NCBI GenBank assembly: GCA_002327985.1
Contig: DCVM01000012.1
Coordinates: 29 to 64,028, forward strand
Direction of reading: 5' to 3'
Source: Syntrophaceae bacterium UBA2188
GTDB lineage: Bacteria > Desulfobacterota > BSN033 > UBA1163
DNA: 64,000 nucleotides
Positions 48,165-58,517 of this stretch are shown here, piece after piece (positions within the stretch are counted from its first letter, which is position 1; each line of letters starts with the position of its first letter). A program made the position numbers and the translations under genes. The notes under the pieces were generated by a model. That model searched no databases, was not told where the DNA came from, and saw only the letters and a list, made by a program, of their open reading frames with translations.

Positions 48165-48476
48165 TCAATGGCGAATGGAGTCCGGATCTTTCCGAATTCG
48201 AAAGGGACCCTCCCAGGGGTGCTGAACCCCCTCCACAAACCGATCTCGACAACTCTTACAAAGGATCAGCGTAATCTCCTCGTAAACCTCTTTCTCTAAT
48301 TCCTTCGGATCCACGCGTTGAACTTGGTCAAGTAACTCCTTGAGCTGTTGATCCACCCCTTCGGAGGATTCCGAAAGCATCCCATCAAACCCTGAAACAA
48401 TCTTCATATGGATGACATAGAATAAACTTCCTGGCGAAAGCCCTTTTCCACACCTCCAGCAATTTCTTTCTTCCAT
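48165..48476 (-). CDS. zinc-ribbon hypothetical protein
   Basis: CWRCGKG ... CKSCRDRF: two CxxC pairs; 103 aa. Confidence 0.4.
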   Translation of the reverse strand: MEERNCWRCGKGLSPGSLFYVIHMKIVSGFDGMLSESSEGVDQQLKELLDQVQRVDPKELEKEVYEEITLILCKSCRDRFVEGVQHPWEGPFRIRKDPDSIRH

Positions 48477-48508
48477 CGGTTCCCAGCTATCCTCCCATGT
48501 TTGTTGTC

Positions 48509-49816
48509 TTATCCCTCACTTCTTTCCTTCCATGATCCCAACTCTTTCAGGGCCCGCTCTGCCAAGAGAAGCCGCTTTTCCCTCCCCCTGCTCTTCCCAG
48601 ATAAAGGAGGAAACAGACCGAAGTTAATGTTCATCGGCTGAAACGGAAGGGTGATAGAATGGGTGATATAATAGATCAATGCCCCCATGGCAGTGGTCCG
48701 AGGGGGAACCACAGGGGCCATTCCCTTCGTATAGCGATGGGCATTGATCCCGGATAACAGACCCATAGCGGTCGATTCCATATACCCTTCGACTCCTGTA
48801 ATCTGCCCAGCCAAGAAGAGGTCTGGATGATCCTTCATCTGGAGGGATTCTCTCAACCATCGAGGGGAATCGATGAAGGTATTCCGATGGGTTGATCCCA
48901 ATCGCACGAATTCTGCATGCTCAAGTCCGGGAATCATTCGAAATACCCTCTTCTGTTCCTCATGCTTTAGCCGAGTTTGAAAGCCGACCAGGTTGAAAAG
49001 TGTTTCAAACCGATCCTCCTGCCTGAGTTGGACAACAGCAAAAGGTTGCCTTCCTGTTTTTGGATCGATGAGGCCAACGGGCTTGAGGGGTCCATGCGCA
49101 AGGGTATCCTTCCCCCGGCTTGCCATCTCCTCAATGGGGAGGCATCCTTCAAAGAGGTGCCTCTTTTCAAAATGACGTGTGGGCACTTTCTCCGCCCCAT
49201 TCAATGCCTCTACAAATTGGTAATATTTCTCTTTGTCCATTGGACAATTCACATAGTCTTCTCCCCCTTTTCCATACCGAGAGAATTTGAAGGCTTTCTG
49301 AAAGTTGATCGAATCAGCCGTAACGATGGGGGAAATGGCATCATAGAAAAAGAGGTGACAGGTTCCTGTCAGTTTCTGGATCTCTTGGCTCAAAGCCTCT
49401 GAGGTAAGGGGACCGGTGGCGATAATGGTAATCCCCTCTTTAGGGATAGAGGTCACTTCCTGGCGGATCACCTCTACATTTTTTAGGTTTTCCAGAACTT
49501 GGGTAATCTCCTTTGAAAAGATCTCCCGATCTACGGCCAGAGAATCTCCCGCCGGAACCTTTGTCTCTTTCGCCACTTTTAAAATGAGAGATTCCAATTG
49601 CCTCATCTCTTCTTTCAAAATCCCCGACGCATTCTCGATGGATTCCGATTTGAAAGAATTACTGCAAACCAATTCTGCGAAGAAGGGGGACCGATGAGCT
49701 GGAGAATAGAACTCCGGTTTCATCTCATAGAGAATCACCTCCCCTCCTCTCTTAGCAATCTGCCAAGCCGCCTCGCATCCCGCCAGGCCTGCGCCAATAA
49801 TGGTGATCGGATCCAT
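48509..49816 (-). CDS. trmFO: methylenetetrahydrofolate--tRNA-(uracil54-C5)-methyltransferase (FAD-dependent)
   Basis: ITIIGAGLAGCEAAWQIAKRG FAD fold, ELVCSNSF, 435 aa; position downstream of topA as in Firmicutes. Confidence 0.9.
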   Translation of the reverse strand: MDPITIIGAGLAGCEAAWQIAKRGGEVILYEMKPEFYSPAHRSPFFAELVCSNSFKSESIENASGILKEEMRQLESLILKVAKETKVPAGDSLAVDREIFSKEITQVLENLKNVEVIRQEVTSIPKEGITIIATGPLTSEALSQEIQKLTGTCHLFFYDAISPIVTADSINFQKAFKFSRYGKGGEDYVNCPMDKEKYYQFVEALNGAEKVPTRHFEKRHLFEGCLPIEEMASRGKDTLAHGPLKPVGLIDPKTGRQPFAVVQLRQEDRFETLFNLVGFQTRLKHEEQKRVFRMIPGLEHAEFVRLGSTHRNTFIDSPRWLRESLQMKDHPDLFLAGQITGVEGYMESTAMGLLSGINAHRYTKGMAPVVPPRTTAMGALIYYITHSITLPFQPMNINFGLFPPLSGKSRGREKRLLLAERALKELGSWKERSEG

Positions 49817-49958
49817 GGTATCCTTATTTTAGGCATTCTATCTCTCCTTTGCAAATTTGAATTTTGACAATCTCAAGAAAGGTGGTTAAATAAGAGTCGA
49901 TGGGGTGACGAAAAGGGCTTTCTGGCCTTCCCCTTAAAAGGGATGACCTTGACCAGCG

Positions 49959-51275
49959 ATGAAGATTGAACTGATCGTTCCAGCCGTTGAAGAAAATGCG
50001 TCCATCCCGAACCTTGCCCTTCCGATTCTCGCTGCCCTTTCTCCACCTGACGTGGAAATTTCTTTCACGGATGACCTTCTGACTCCCATCCGTTTAGAGA
50101 AGGAATTGAAGAAGGTTGACCTCGTCGGAATCACGGTTTTATCTAAAACCGCACTAAGGGCCTACGACATCGCTGATGCCTACCGAAAAAAAGGGATCCC
50201 TGTTGTCTTAGGGGGAATTCATGCCACAGCCCTTCCGGATGAGGCCAGAGGTCATTCGGATTCGGTCGTCCTGGGAGAGGCTGAAGAAGTCTGGCCCCTC
50301 CTGATTGAAGATGCCCGAAAAGGAAACCTCCAGCCCTTTTACCATCAGGAGGGTTACACGGAATTATCAACGATCCCAATCCCTCGACGAGACATTCTAC
50401 CCAAAAGGGGGTATCTTCCTCTGGATGTGGTTCAGGTCACCCGGGGATGTCCCTTTCGCTGCGAGTTCTGTTCCGTTCAGAATTTTTTTGGAGAAACTTA
50501 TCGGTTTAGGCCTATCTCGGCGGTGGTGGAAGAGGTGCGCCAATTACGTCACCGGTGGATGATGTTCAACGACGACAATATCATCGGAAACCCTTCCTAC
50601 TCAAAGGAATTGCTGAAGGCCCTGATCCCCCTCAAGAAAAAATGGTTCGGCCAGGTCTCCTTATCTGGATTAAAGAAGGTCGAACATGTTGAGTTACTAG
50701 CCAAAAGTGGCTGTAACAGCCTCTTCATCGGTTTTGAATCCCTTTCCAAAAAAAATCTGGTGGCGTCCCAAAAATTTCAAAATGATCCGGCTGAGTATCG
50801 AGAAATCATTGATACCCTCCATCGGTATGGCATTGCCATCTGCGGATCGTTTGTCTTTGGATTTGACGAGGATGACGCTTCGGTATTTGAAGAAACGGTC
50901 TCTTTCTCCATCCAGACCAAACTCTTTTCAGCAGTCTTTATGATTCTCACTCCCTACCCAAAAACGGATTTTTATCATCGGGTGAAAAATGAGGGGCGGT
51001 TGGTTCAGGATCAATGGTGGCTTTTGGAAAAGCCTGAGGAGTGGGCTCCCTACTTCATTCCGAAGAAAATGAGCGGTGAGACTCTCCGGGAGGGTTGGAA
51101 AAGAGCCTGGAGGGAGTTTTATTCCTTCCCTTCGATATGGAAACGATTCCAGTGGAATTATTCACCGACCTTGATCAACCGATTCGTCTACTTTCCTTTC
51201 CAATGGATGCATCATCGGTTCACAAAGAAAAAGATTCTCCAAGGCAGGCGAAGATATCGAACCCGTTCACTCTGA
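49959..51275 (+). CDS. B12-binding domain radical SAM protein
   Basis: N-terminal Rossmann-like B12-binding-type domain followed by VTRGCPFRCEFCSV (CxxxCxxC); 438 aa; the only plus-strand gene in this region. Confidence 0.8.
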   Translation: MKIELIVPAVEENASIPNLALPILAALSPPDVEISFTDDLLTPIRLEKELKKVDLVGITVLSKTALRAYDIADAYRKKGIPVVLGGIHATALPDEARGHSDSVVLGEAEEVWPLLIEDARKGNLQPFYHQEGYTELSTIPIPRRDILPKRGYLPLDVVQVTRGCPFRCEFCSVQNFFGETYRFRPISAVVEEVRQLRHRWMMFNDDNIIGNPSYSKELLKALIPLKKKWFGQVSLSGLKKVEHVELLAKSGCNSLFIGFESLSKKNLVASQKFQNDPAEYREIIDTLHRYGIAICGSFVFGFDEDDASVFEETVSFSIQTKLFSAVFMILTPYPKTDFYHRVKNEGRLVQDQWWLLEKPEEWAPYFIPKKMSGETLREGWKRAWREFYSFPSIWKRFQWNYSPTLINRFVYFPFQWMHHRFTKKKILQGRRRYRTRSL

Positions 51276-53489
51276 ACTGCGATACCCACACTCCTTTTGA
51301 GGACATCGCTTGCTGATTCCTCCCTTTCCTTGCTTCTCAACCAGAAAGGGAAAACCGCACTGGGGACATTTTTCTGGAATGGGCTTATCCCATAAGGCAT
51401 AGGTACACGTGGGATAATTGGTACAGCTGTAAAAAGTTCTGCCCTTCCGGGTCCTTCTTTCAACCATCGCTCCACCACATCCCTCTTGAGGACATGGTAC
51501 CCCCATATCCAAAGACCGGGTGAATTTACAGGAGGGATAATTCGAACAGGCCAGAAATCTTCCAAATTTTCCATTCTTGATGACCATGGGGTTTCCGCAT
51601 TTTTCGCATCGGGTCTCGGTCTCCACTTGATTTTCTCCGTTTCCTTCTATCTCTCTTGTATATCGGCATTTGGGATAACTGGAGCAGGCTAAGAAATAAC
51701 CTCTTTTTCCCCATCGCTTCACCATCTTTGAACCACATCGCTCGCAGATGGCATCCGTAGGAATCATCTCCCGCTTGACATCCCTCATGGACACCTTGGC
51801 CATTTCCAGATCCTTTTCGAAAGGGGTATAAAATTCTTTCAATGTATCGACCCAATCTTTTTGACCCTCTTCAATCTGATCTAAATTCTCTTCCATCTGT
51901 GCCGTGAATTCGATATCGAAGATGTCGGGGAAATTGACAACCAGAAGATCATTCACCATGCACCCCAACTCTGTCGGGAAAAATTTCCCCTTTTCTAACC
52001 GGACATACCCTTTTTCTTTGATCGTGGTCAAGATGGTTGCATAGGTAGAGGGTCTTCCAATCCCCTTTTCTTCCAATTCCTTGATCAGCGTCGCCTCCGA
52101 AAATCGGTAAGGCGGCTGGGTAAAATGCTGTTTCGGCGTGAGGCCCAATAGCTCCAAAATTTCCCCTTCCGATAACAAGGGGAATTTCTTTTCTCCATTT
52201 CCATTCTCTTGATTATCCTCTCCCTCCACGTAGAGGGCCATAAAACCCTGAAAGATTGGAACAGTCCCCGTTGCGGTAAACAGGGCATCGTCCGCTTTGA
52301 CCTCGATGGTGGTTTGGAGAAAAACGGCTGAAGACATTTGAGAGGACACAGATCGATCCCAAATCAATTTATAAAGGGCCCTTTGATCTTTGTCTAAATA
52401 GGCCTTCACCTTGTCAGGGTCCAAGTCAATTGATGTGGGTCGAATAGCCTCATGGGCTTCCTGGGCGTTTCTGCGGCTTTTATAGATATTGGGTTTATCA
52501 GGGAGATAAGAATCTCCAAAGCGGACCTTAATCCATTCCCTGACCTGTTGAATCGCTTCGGCAGAAACCCGGACCGAGTCGGTCCTCATGTAAGTGATCA
52601 ACCCCACACTCCCTATCTCACCGAGGTCCACCCCTTCGTATAACTTCTGTGCGACTCGCATGGTCTTTTGAGCGTAGAAGGAAAGCTTCCGATAGGCCTC
52701 CTGTTGAAGACGGCTGGTAATAAAGGGAGGGAATGGATGACGTTGCTTTTCCTGTTGAGCAATTTTGGAGACGGAATATGGAACAGCCTCGAGGGTTTTT
52801 TGAATGGCCAAAGCTTCTGTCTCATTGGCCATTTTTACTTTCTTTCCCTTCCACTTTGCCAATCTTGCATCAAAGGAGATGGGCGACCCTTTTCCCTTGA
52901 GTGTCGCCGTGAGGCTCCAATACTCTTCAGAGACGAAATTTTCAATCTCTCTTTCTCTTTCACAGACAATCCGAACAGCAACGGATTGGACCCGACCGGC
53001 GCTCAATCCCCTTCGGACCTTCTCCCAAAGAATGGGGCTGACCTGATAGCCGACCAAACGATCCAAGATTCGTCTGGCCTGCTGGGCTTCATATTTTGAG
53101 GCTTGTAATTTTCCGGGGTGGCGGAGGGCATCCAAGACTGCCTTTTTCGTGATCTCATTGAAGAGAACCCGATAAATATTTTTATCCGCATCCCCAATCT
53201 CCTCGGCAATGTGCCAGGCAATCGCTTCCCCTTCTCGATCCGGATCCGGGCCGAGGTAAATATTTTTCACTTCCTTACTGGCCTTTTTCAATTCCCGGAT
53301 GACCTTCCCTTTCCCGGAGATGGGAAGATAATGGGGTTGGAAATCTTTTTTAAGATCCACTCCCAGTTCACCCTCTGGAAGGTCCTTCACATGACCCACG
53401 GAAGCCTTGATGACATAGTCCTCCCCTAAAAATTTTTGAAGGGTCTTTACCTTCGCAGGGGACTCCACAATGATCAAACCTTTTAACAT
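51267..53489 (-). CDS. topA: DNA topoisomerase I with C-terminal zinc ribbons
   Basis: TOPRIM N-terminus LIIVESPAKVKTLQKFLG...DPDREGEAIAWH, active-site Tyr region, three C4 zinc-ribbon repeats at C-terminus. Confidence 0.95.
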   Translation of the reverse strand: MLKGLIIVESPAKVKTLQKFLGEDYVIKASVGHVKDLPEGELGVDLKKDFQPHYLPISGKGKVIRELKKASKEVKNIYLGPDPDREGEAIAWHIAEEIGDADKNIYRVLFNEITKKAVLDALRHPGKLQASKYEAQQARRILDRLVGYQVSPILWEKVRRGLSAGRVQSVAVRIVCEREREIENFVSEEYWSLTATLKGKGSPISFDARLAKWKGKKVKMANETEALAIQKTLEAVPYSVSKIAQQEKQRHPFPPFITSRLQQEAYRKLSFYAQKTMRVAQKLYEGVDLGEIGSVGLITYMRTDSVRVSAEAIQQVREWIKVRFGDSYLPDKPNIYKSRRNAQEAHEAIRPTSIDLDPDKVKAYLDKDQRALYKLIWDRSVSSQMSSAVFLQTTIEVKADDALFTATGTVPIFQGFMALYVEGEDNQENGNGEKKFPLLSEGEILELLGLTPKQHFTQPPYRFSEATLIKELEEKGIGRPSTYATILTTIKEKGYVRLEKGKFFPTELGCMVNDLLVVNFPDIFDIEFTAQMEENLDQIEEGQKDWVDTLKEFYTPFEKDLEMAKVSMRDVKREMIPTDAICERCGSKMVKRWGKRGYFLACSSYPKCRYTREIEGNGENQVETETRCEKCGNPMVIKNGKFGRFLACSNYPSCKFTRSLDMGVPCPQEGCGGAMVERRTRKGRTFYSCTNYPTCTYALWDKPIPEKCPQCGFPFLVEKQGKGGISKRCPQKECGYRSSE

Positions 53490-53591
53490 TTTTCTTCGCT
53501 CCGAAAATCCATCATAAAGTATTGGTGGATCGTATTAGTGTTCAGAAAAGGTTAATGTTACAACATTTCTCTTCATGATTCACTACCCCGA

Positions 53592-54692
53592 TCACATTTT
53601 TTTACTAAAACATTTACCTGGCCACTGAGAGATCCAACCCTTCAATTCCAAATTCAAAAGGAGACTGGACACCTTCCCCGGATCCCATTGACTCTCCCGA
53701 ATGATGGCATCGATATGCAAAGGAGTCTCCCCTAAAAGACGGTAGAGGGCTTCTTCTTCCTCGGGGAGAGGAGAAAGGGACATCCCGGTTTTTTGAGTTG
53801 TCTCCTTCTCCCTTTTCCACTGAGGCAAGATCTCTTCAAGGATGTCTTCCGTGGATTCGACCAGCTTCGCCCCTTCCTTGATCAACTGATTGGTGCCCCG
53901 ACTACCCTCGGCTCCGACATTTCCGGGGACAGCAAAGACTTCCCTCCCTTGCTCCAATGCATAGCCGGCGGTGATGAGGGAACCACTCCCTGCGCTGGCT
54001 TGGACAATGACGACCCCTATGGAAAGACCACTGATGATTCGATTTCGCTTCGGAAAATGGCCTCCTTCGGGGGGCGACCCCATTGGAAATTCGGAAAGAA
54101 CAGCTCCCTGTCCGATAATTTGATGATAAAGACTTCGATTCTCAGAAGGATAGATCACATCTATACCGCTTCCTAACACCGCAACCGTCCTCCCCCCTCC
54201 CTGAAGGGCTCCCATGTGAGCCACCGAATCTATCCCTCTCGCCATTCCACTGACGACCGTGACTCCATGGCGGGCAAGATCCTGACTGATCCTTTCGGTG
54301 ACCCCTCTCCCATAAGGGGAGGTCTTTCGGCTCCCCACAATGGCAATGGCTAATTCATCTTCGCCTCGCCATTCTCCTCTCATATAAAGCACGGCAGGGG
54401 GGTCGTAAATATCTTTCAGGCGTATGGGATAACCCTCATCCTTTATAGTCAAAACCCTCCCTCCCGCTCCTTTCAAAAGAGCTAACTCCTTGGCTACCTC
54501 TTTTTCCAACGGACCTTTTTGAATTTGATGAGCCACCTTGTCTCCTAACCCTTCAATTTTCAATAATTCCTTCATCGGGGCATGGAAGACGGCTTCCGGG
54601 GTCTGGAATCGATCTAAAAGTCTTTTGATGGTTATACTCCCAACCCCAGGGGTGAGGGTTAAAGCTAACCAATAAAAAATATCCTCAGCCAT
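53592..54692 (-). CDS. dprA: DNA processing protein A (Smf)
   Basis: SAM-like N-terminus, Rossmann-fold core IVGSRKTSPYG...GMARGIDSVAH, C-terminal winged helix. Confidence 0.9.
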   Translation of the reverse strand: MAEDIFYWLALTLTPGVGSITIKRLLDRFQTPEAVFHAPMKELLKIEGLGDKVAHQIQKGPLEKEVAKELALLKGAGGRVLTIKDEGYPIRLKDIYDPPAVLYMRGEWRGEDELAIAIVGSRKTSPYGRGVTERISQDLARHGVTVVSGMARGIDSVAHMGALQGGGRTVAVLGSGIDVIYPSENRSLYHQIIGQGAVLSEFPMGSPPEGGHFPKRNRIISGLSIGVVIVQASAGSGSLITAGYALEQGREVFAVPGNVGAEGSRGTNQLIKEGAKLVESTEDILEEILPQWKREKETTQKTGMSLSPLPEEEEALYRLLGETPLHIDAIIRESQWDPGKVSSLLLNLELKGWISQWPGKCFSKKM

Positions 54693-54899
54693 AAAGATTC
54701 TCGGGGGAAAAATAATTTGCCGGATGAAGCTGTTTCAGGTGATAAAAAAAGGCTGAGGAGATGAAAGGAAATCTCCAAAGCCCGGTTAAACATTCCAATC
54801 ACCAAATTTCAAATAACGGTTTGAAGTTCGCAGGACCCCTCCCCAGCATTTTGATGATGGTGCTTGGAGTTTTGTTTACACCTCATGAACGGGTTGGTA

Positions 54900-55682
54900 T
54901 TATTTGATTAAGAGACCCTCCATCTTTTCCTTTGAATAAGGTTGAATATAATCCCCTCTCATCACGGCATCAAAGGATTCAATAATCTTTGCCGTAAAGA
55001 ATTTACCAGATTGGTCAATGATTTGAACATTCCCTACAATATTATACTTTCTTCCAATAGTTCTCCCGGTGAGGGGATGTTTGATCTCATCGGAGACACG
55101 AAAAACCGTATATTTATTTCCGATCAAAATGGATTCGGAGGTTTTGAAGGCCAGATAGACAATATCGCCTCCAGACATCAGGTTTTTCCCTTCTTTGCTC
55201 TCCAACACAAGGCCAATTCCCCGGTAGTCCATATCGCTCATAAACCCCGCACTTCGGATATCAGGAAAATTGAAAGGCTTTTCCTCCTCCTGGACAGGCT
55301 TCACTTCTGCGACCACCTCTGGTTTCTTTTCTACAGGAGGTGGCTCAGGCTTGGCTACCACTGGTTCTGCCACCGACTCTTTTGGCTTCTCCTCTGAAAC
55401 CATCTTAGGTTCTTCTTTCTTCACAGGCTCCTCAGCAGAAAAACGGATTGGGTTTCCTGGATAAATCCAATGCGGATTAGTAATGTAAGGATTTCTCTCC
55501 CACAACTTTGGCCAAAGAAAGGGATCCTTTAAAAATTTAGAAGAGATATCCCAGAGCGTGTCTCCCTTTTTAATCGTATACACCCCTTCCATCTCCTTCT
55601 TCTCTTGTGTCCATCCAGGAAGGACAATACAAAAGGAGAATATCAAAATCGTGCTAAAAAAGACGCCCATTAATCTTCTCAT
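54900..55682 (-). CDS. LysM domain peptidoglycan-binding protein, secreted
   Basis: Signal peptide, Lys[17 protein letters not shown], proline/glutamate-rich linker; start at MRRLMGVF with RBS GGAGGAGG. Confidence 0.75.
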   Translation of the reverse strand: MRRLMGVFFSTILIFSFCIVLPGWTQEKKEMEGVYTIKKGDTLWDISSKFLKDPFLWPKLWERNPYITNPHWIYPGNPIRFSAEEPVKKEEPKMVSEEKPKESVAEPVVAKPEPPPVEKKPEVVAEVKPVQEEEKPFNFPDIRSAGFMSDMDYRGIGLVLESKEGKNLMSGGDIVYLAFKTSESILIGNKYTVFRVSDEIKHPLTGRTIGRKYNIVGNVQIIDQSGKFFTAKIIESFDAVMRGDYIQPYSKEKMEGLLIK

Positions 55683-56094
55683 AATTACCTCCTCCCTTTC
55701 ATTAGACGGGTTTATAAATTTAAAAAACAAAATTTTGTTAAAAATTACCCTCTTATCCATATTTTGTCAAGGAAAATATATAGCAATATCCATACCAAAC
55801 CTCATCCTATCTTTTTTAATTATTGAAAAATATTGGAAATCTTAAGAAATTAGAAAAATGGATGATTTGTTTTTTCAACTGAAAGTGGATAGTTTTTGTC
55901 CAAACTTTTCATATTCTTGAACAAATTTTAACCTGATTTGCCAATGGGCAGGAAAACCACGTAATTGACATATGAACTTCCCCTATGTTATTAAATTGGA
56001 CCCTTCGACTCCCTAAAATCAATTCAGGAACTTTTTCTCGCTGAATTCAAGCCGCAGTCCTGGTAACGTCGAAGGAGTCCACCTCTATTCTATC

Positions 56095-56808
56095 TTGAAA
56101 CTAGCAAAAATGATTCTTCTCCCATCATCCGATGAAACATTGGATCCCTTCTTCGAGGGAAAACTCCAAATTATTCAGAAAAAAAGGGGTTATCGGTTTT
56201 CTGTGGATGCGATTCTACTCAGCCAATTCATAAAAATCCGTAGAAATGAGAGAGTCATTGACCTGGGAACAGGCTGTGGCATTCTACCCCTGTTATTGTC
56301 ATGCTCCACCAAAGCCCATTCTTTTTTAGGCATTGAGATTCAGAAGGAATTGGCCGAATGTGCCAAAAAAAATGTAGTCCTCAACACTCTTGAAAATCGG
56401 ATATCTATTCTTCATCAGGATCTTAGAGAGTTGAAAAAGACATTGCCAGCGGGTTCTTTCGATGTCGTCCTCTCCAATCCACCCTATCGAAAACATCGAA
56501 CCGGTAGGATCAACCCTTCCATGGAAAAGGCGATCGCACGCCATGAAATTAAAGGAACGCTCCAAGAACTGATCTCCATTGCCTCCTATCTGCTTCCCCC
56601 CAAGGGGAGATGCTATCTCATCTTCCCGGCCATCAGAATGGTTGACTTATTCGTGGAATTAAGAGGTGAAAAATTGGAGCCAAAGCGATTGCAGTTTGTT
56701 TATCCCCGTATGGGAGAAGAGGCAAAGTTTCTCCTCGTGGAATCGATTAAAACCAGCGGGGTGGAATTAAAGCTCATGCCCCCTCTCTTCCTCCATGAGA
56801 CATCATAA
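56095..56808 (+). CDS. class I SAM-dependent N6-adenine methyltransferase (TrmN6-like)
   Basis: SAM motif VIDLGTGCGILPL and NPPY catalytic motif (LSNPPYRKH). Confidence 0.7.
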   Translation: MKLAKMILLPSSDETLDPFFEGKLQIIQKKRGYRFSVDAILLSQFIKIRRNERVIDLGTGCGILPLLLSCSTKAHSFLGIEIQKELAECAKKNVVLNTLENRISILHQDLRELKKTLPAGSFDVVLSNPPYRKHRTGRINPSMEKAIARHEIKGTLQELISIASYLLPPKGRCYLIFPAIRMVDLFVELRGEKLEPKRLQFVYPRMGEEAKFLLVESIKTSGVELKLMPPLFLHETS

Positions 56809-56873
56809 ATCAGGGAAGCGGAGCAGAAATATTTTTTGACAATGGGGGATGAATGGGATAATAATTTTTTAAT

Positions 56874-57893
56874 ATGAATCACGTCAACCGCTTCCGTCCG
56901 TTTACAAAAGAAAAGACCTCTGCTCTGGAGAATGCCCTCGAATGCATTCGGGATGATTTAGAAAAAGTGGATCAAGAGTTTCGGAAGAACCTGAGATCCG
57001 ATGTTCCCATCATTTCTGCAATCGGAGAACATCTCCTTCTGAGCGGAGGAAAACGGTTCCGGGCCAAACTCCTTCTCCTCTCATCCAAATTGTGTGGGGT
57101 TCAGGGAGATCTTTATATTTCCATGGCAAGCCTGATTGAATTCATTCATACCGCCACCCTGCTCCATGACGATGTGGTTGACAGGGCCGAACTCAGAAGG
57201 GGCATTGACTCTGCCAATTCCAAATGGGGAAACGAGGCGAGTGTTTTGGTTGGTGATTTCCTGTTTACCAAATGTTTTTCTCTTCTGGTGCAGAGTGGAA
57301 ACTGGAAGATTCTCCAAACCGTCGCCAAAGCAACCACAACCATGGCAGAGGGAGAATTAGAGGAACTCATCAAGACCAACGATCTCACTCTTACGGAAGG
57401 GGGATACCTTTCGATCATCACTCGTAAAACCGCTTCCCTTATCTCTGCGGCCACACAGATTGGTGCTATTCTTGGAAACGTCTCTGAAGAAAAAGAAAGG
57501 GCCTTATCCGAGTTCGGCATGAATGTCGGCATCGCCTTCCAACTGATCGATGACCATCTTGATTACACGTCTAACGAAGAGGAATTTGGAAAGAAGATTG
57601 GGATCGATTTACAAGACGGTAAGATCACCCTTCCCCTGATCATCACCCTCCATCATTGCAATCAAGAAGAAAAGGCTTTTATTCGCAAGGCGGTCGAGTC
57701 CAATCCCATTACGAAAGACGCTTTTTTCCGAGTGGTGGAAATCATCGAACGATACCATGGGATTCAATCTACCTGGGAAAAGGCAAAGGAGTATATTGAA
57801 AAGGCGAAGGATTATCTCCGTCTCTTTCCAAATTCTAAGGAAAAAGAGGCCTTGGATATCCTGGCCGATTATGTTCTGGCAAGAAGGTTATAG
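56874..57893 (+). CDS. ispB: polyprenyl diphosphate synthase (octaprenyl/heptaprenyl diphosphate synthase-like)
   Basis: First and second Asp-rich motifs LLHDDVVD and FQLIDDHLDY. Confidence 0.85.
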   Translation: MNHVNRFRPFTKEKTSALENALECIRDDLEKVDQEFRKNLRSDVPIISAIGEHLLLSGGKRFRAKLLLLSSKLCGVQGDLYISMASLIEFIHTATLLHDDVVDRAELRRGIDSANSKWGNEASVLVGDFLFTKCFSLLVQSGNWKILQTVAKATTTMAEGELEELIKTNDLTLTEGGYLSIITRKTASLISAATQIGAILGNVSEEKERALSEFGMNVGIAFQLIDDHLDYTSNEEEFGKKIGIDLQDGKITLPLIITLHHCNQEEKAFIRKAVESNPITKDAFFRVVEIIERYHGIQSTWEKAKEYIEKAKDYLRLFPNSKEKEALDILADYVLARRL

Positions 57894-57997
57894 GAGGGTT
57901 TGCCCTAACTCCCCGGGGCTTGAGATTTCAATATGGCAACTTGCATGTTCAATCAATTATAATGAAAAAAAACCATTAAACCGATAAGGAGTAGAAA

Positions 57998-58330
57998 ATG
58001 GCCGATGAGTCGAGTTTGCTTCATGTCAATGATAAGAATTTTGCCTCCGAAGTACTCCATTCAGACCTTCCAGTATTGGTCGACTTTTGGGCAACCTGGT
58101 GCGGTCCCTGCCGAAGCATCAGTCCTATTGTTGAGGAGTTGGCAAAGGAGTTTTCAGGGAAGGTGAAGGTGACCAAGCTTAATGTGGATGAGAGCCCTGC
58201 AACCCCCAGTCAGTATGGAGTAAGGGGAATTCCAACCCTGATTCTCTTCAAAGGTGGGAAGGTTCTCGATCAAATTGTCGGTGCGGTGCCAAAAACCCGT
58301 TTAAAAGCCTTGATTGAAAAGGCTCTTTAA
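57998..58330 (+). CDS. trxA: thioredoxin
   Basis: WCGPC active site, 110 aa, RBS AAGGAG. Confidence 0.9.
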   Translation: MADESSLLHVNDKNFASEVLHSDLPVLVDFWATWCGPCRSISPIVEELAKEFSGKVKVTKLNVDESPATPSQYGVRGIPTLILFKGGKVLDQIVGAVPKTRLKALIEKAL

Positions 58331-58517
58331 ACGGACGGTTCCTTTGCCAGCGATTGCCAAATGCTCATTTCTAATAAGAAACGTTTCATATTGAATGACT
58401 CCTTCATTCTCTTTGTGTGTCTGGCATGGGTATTCCTTCTTACTCATTGTGCTAAAGAAAAGAAATCCTCATCAGCTTTGGCGTCGGATTTTACGCTGAA
58501 CGCCATCCCCAGTAGGA

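Noticed and set aside
51212-51855. ORFs of 120 and 109 aa within the C-terminal zinc-ribbon region of topA (different frame)
   Set aside because: Frame-shadow ORFs. The topA reading frame is continuous and its zinc-ribbon repeats are intact.
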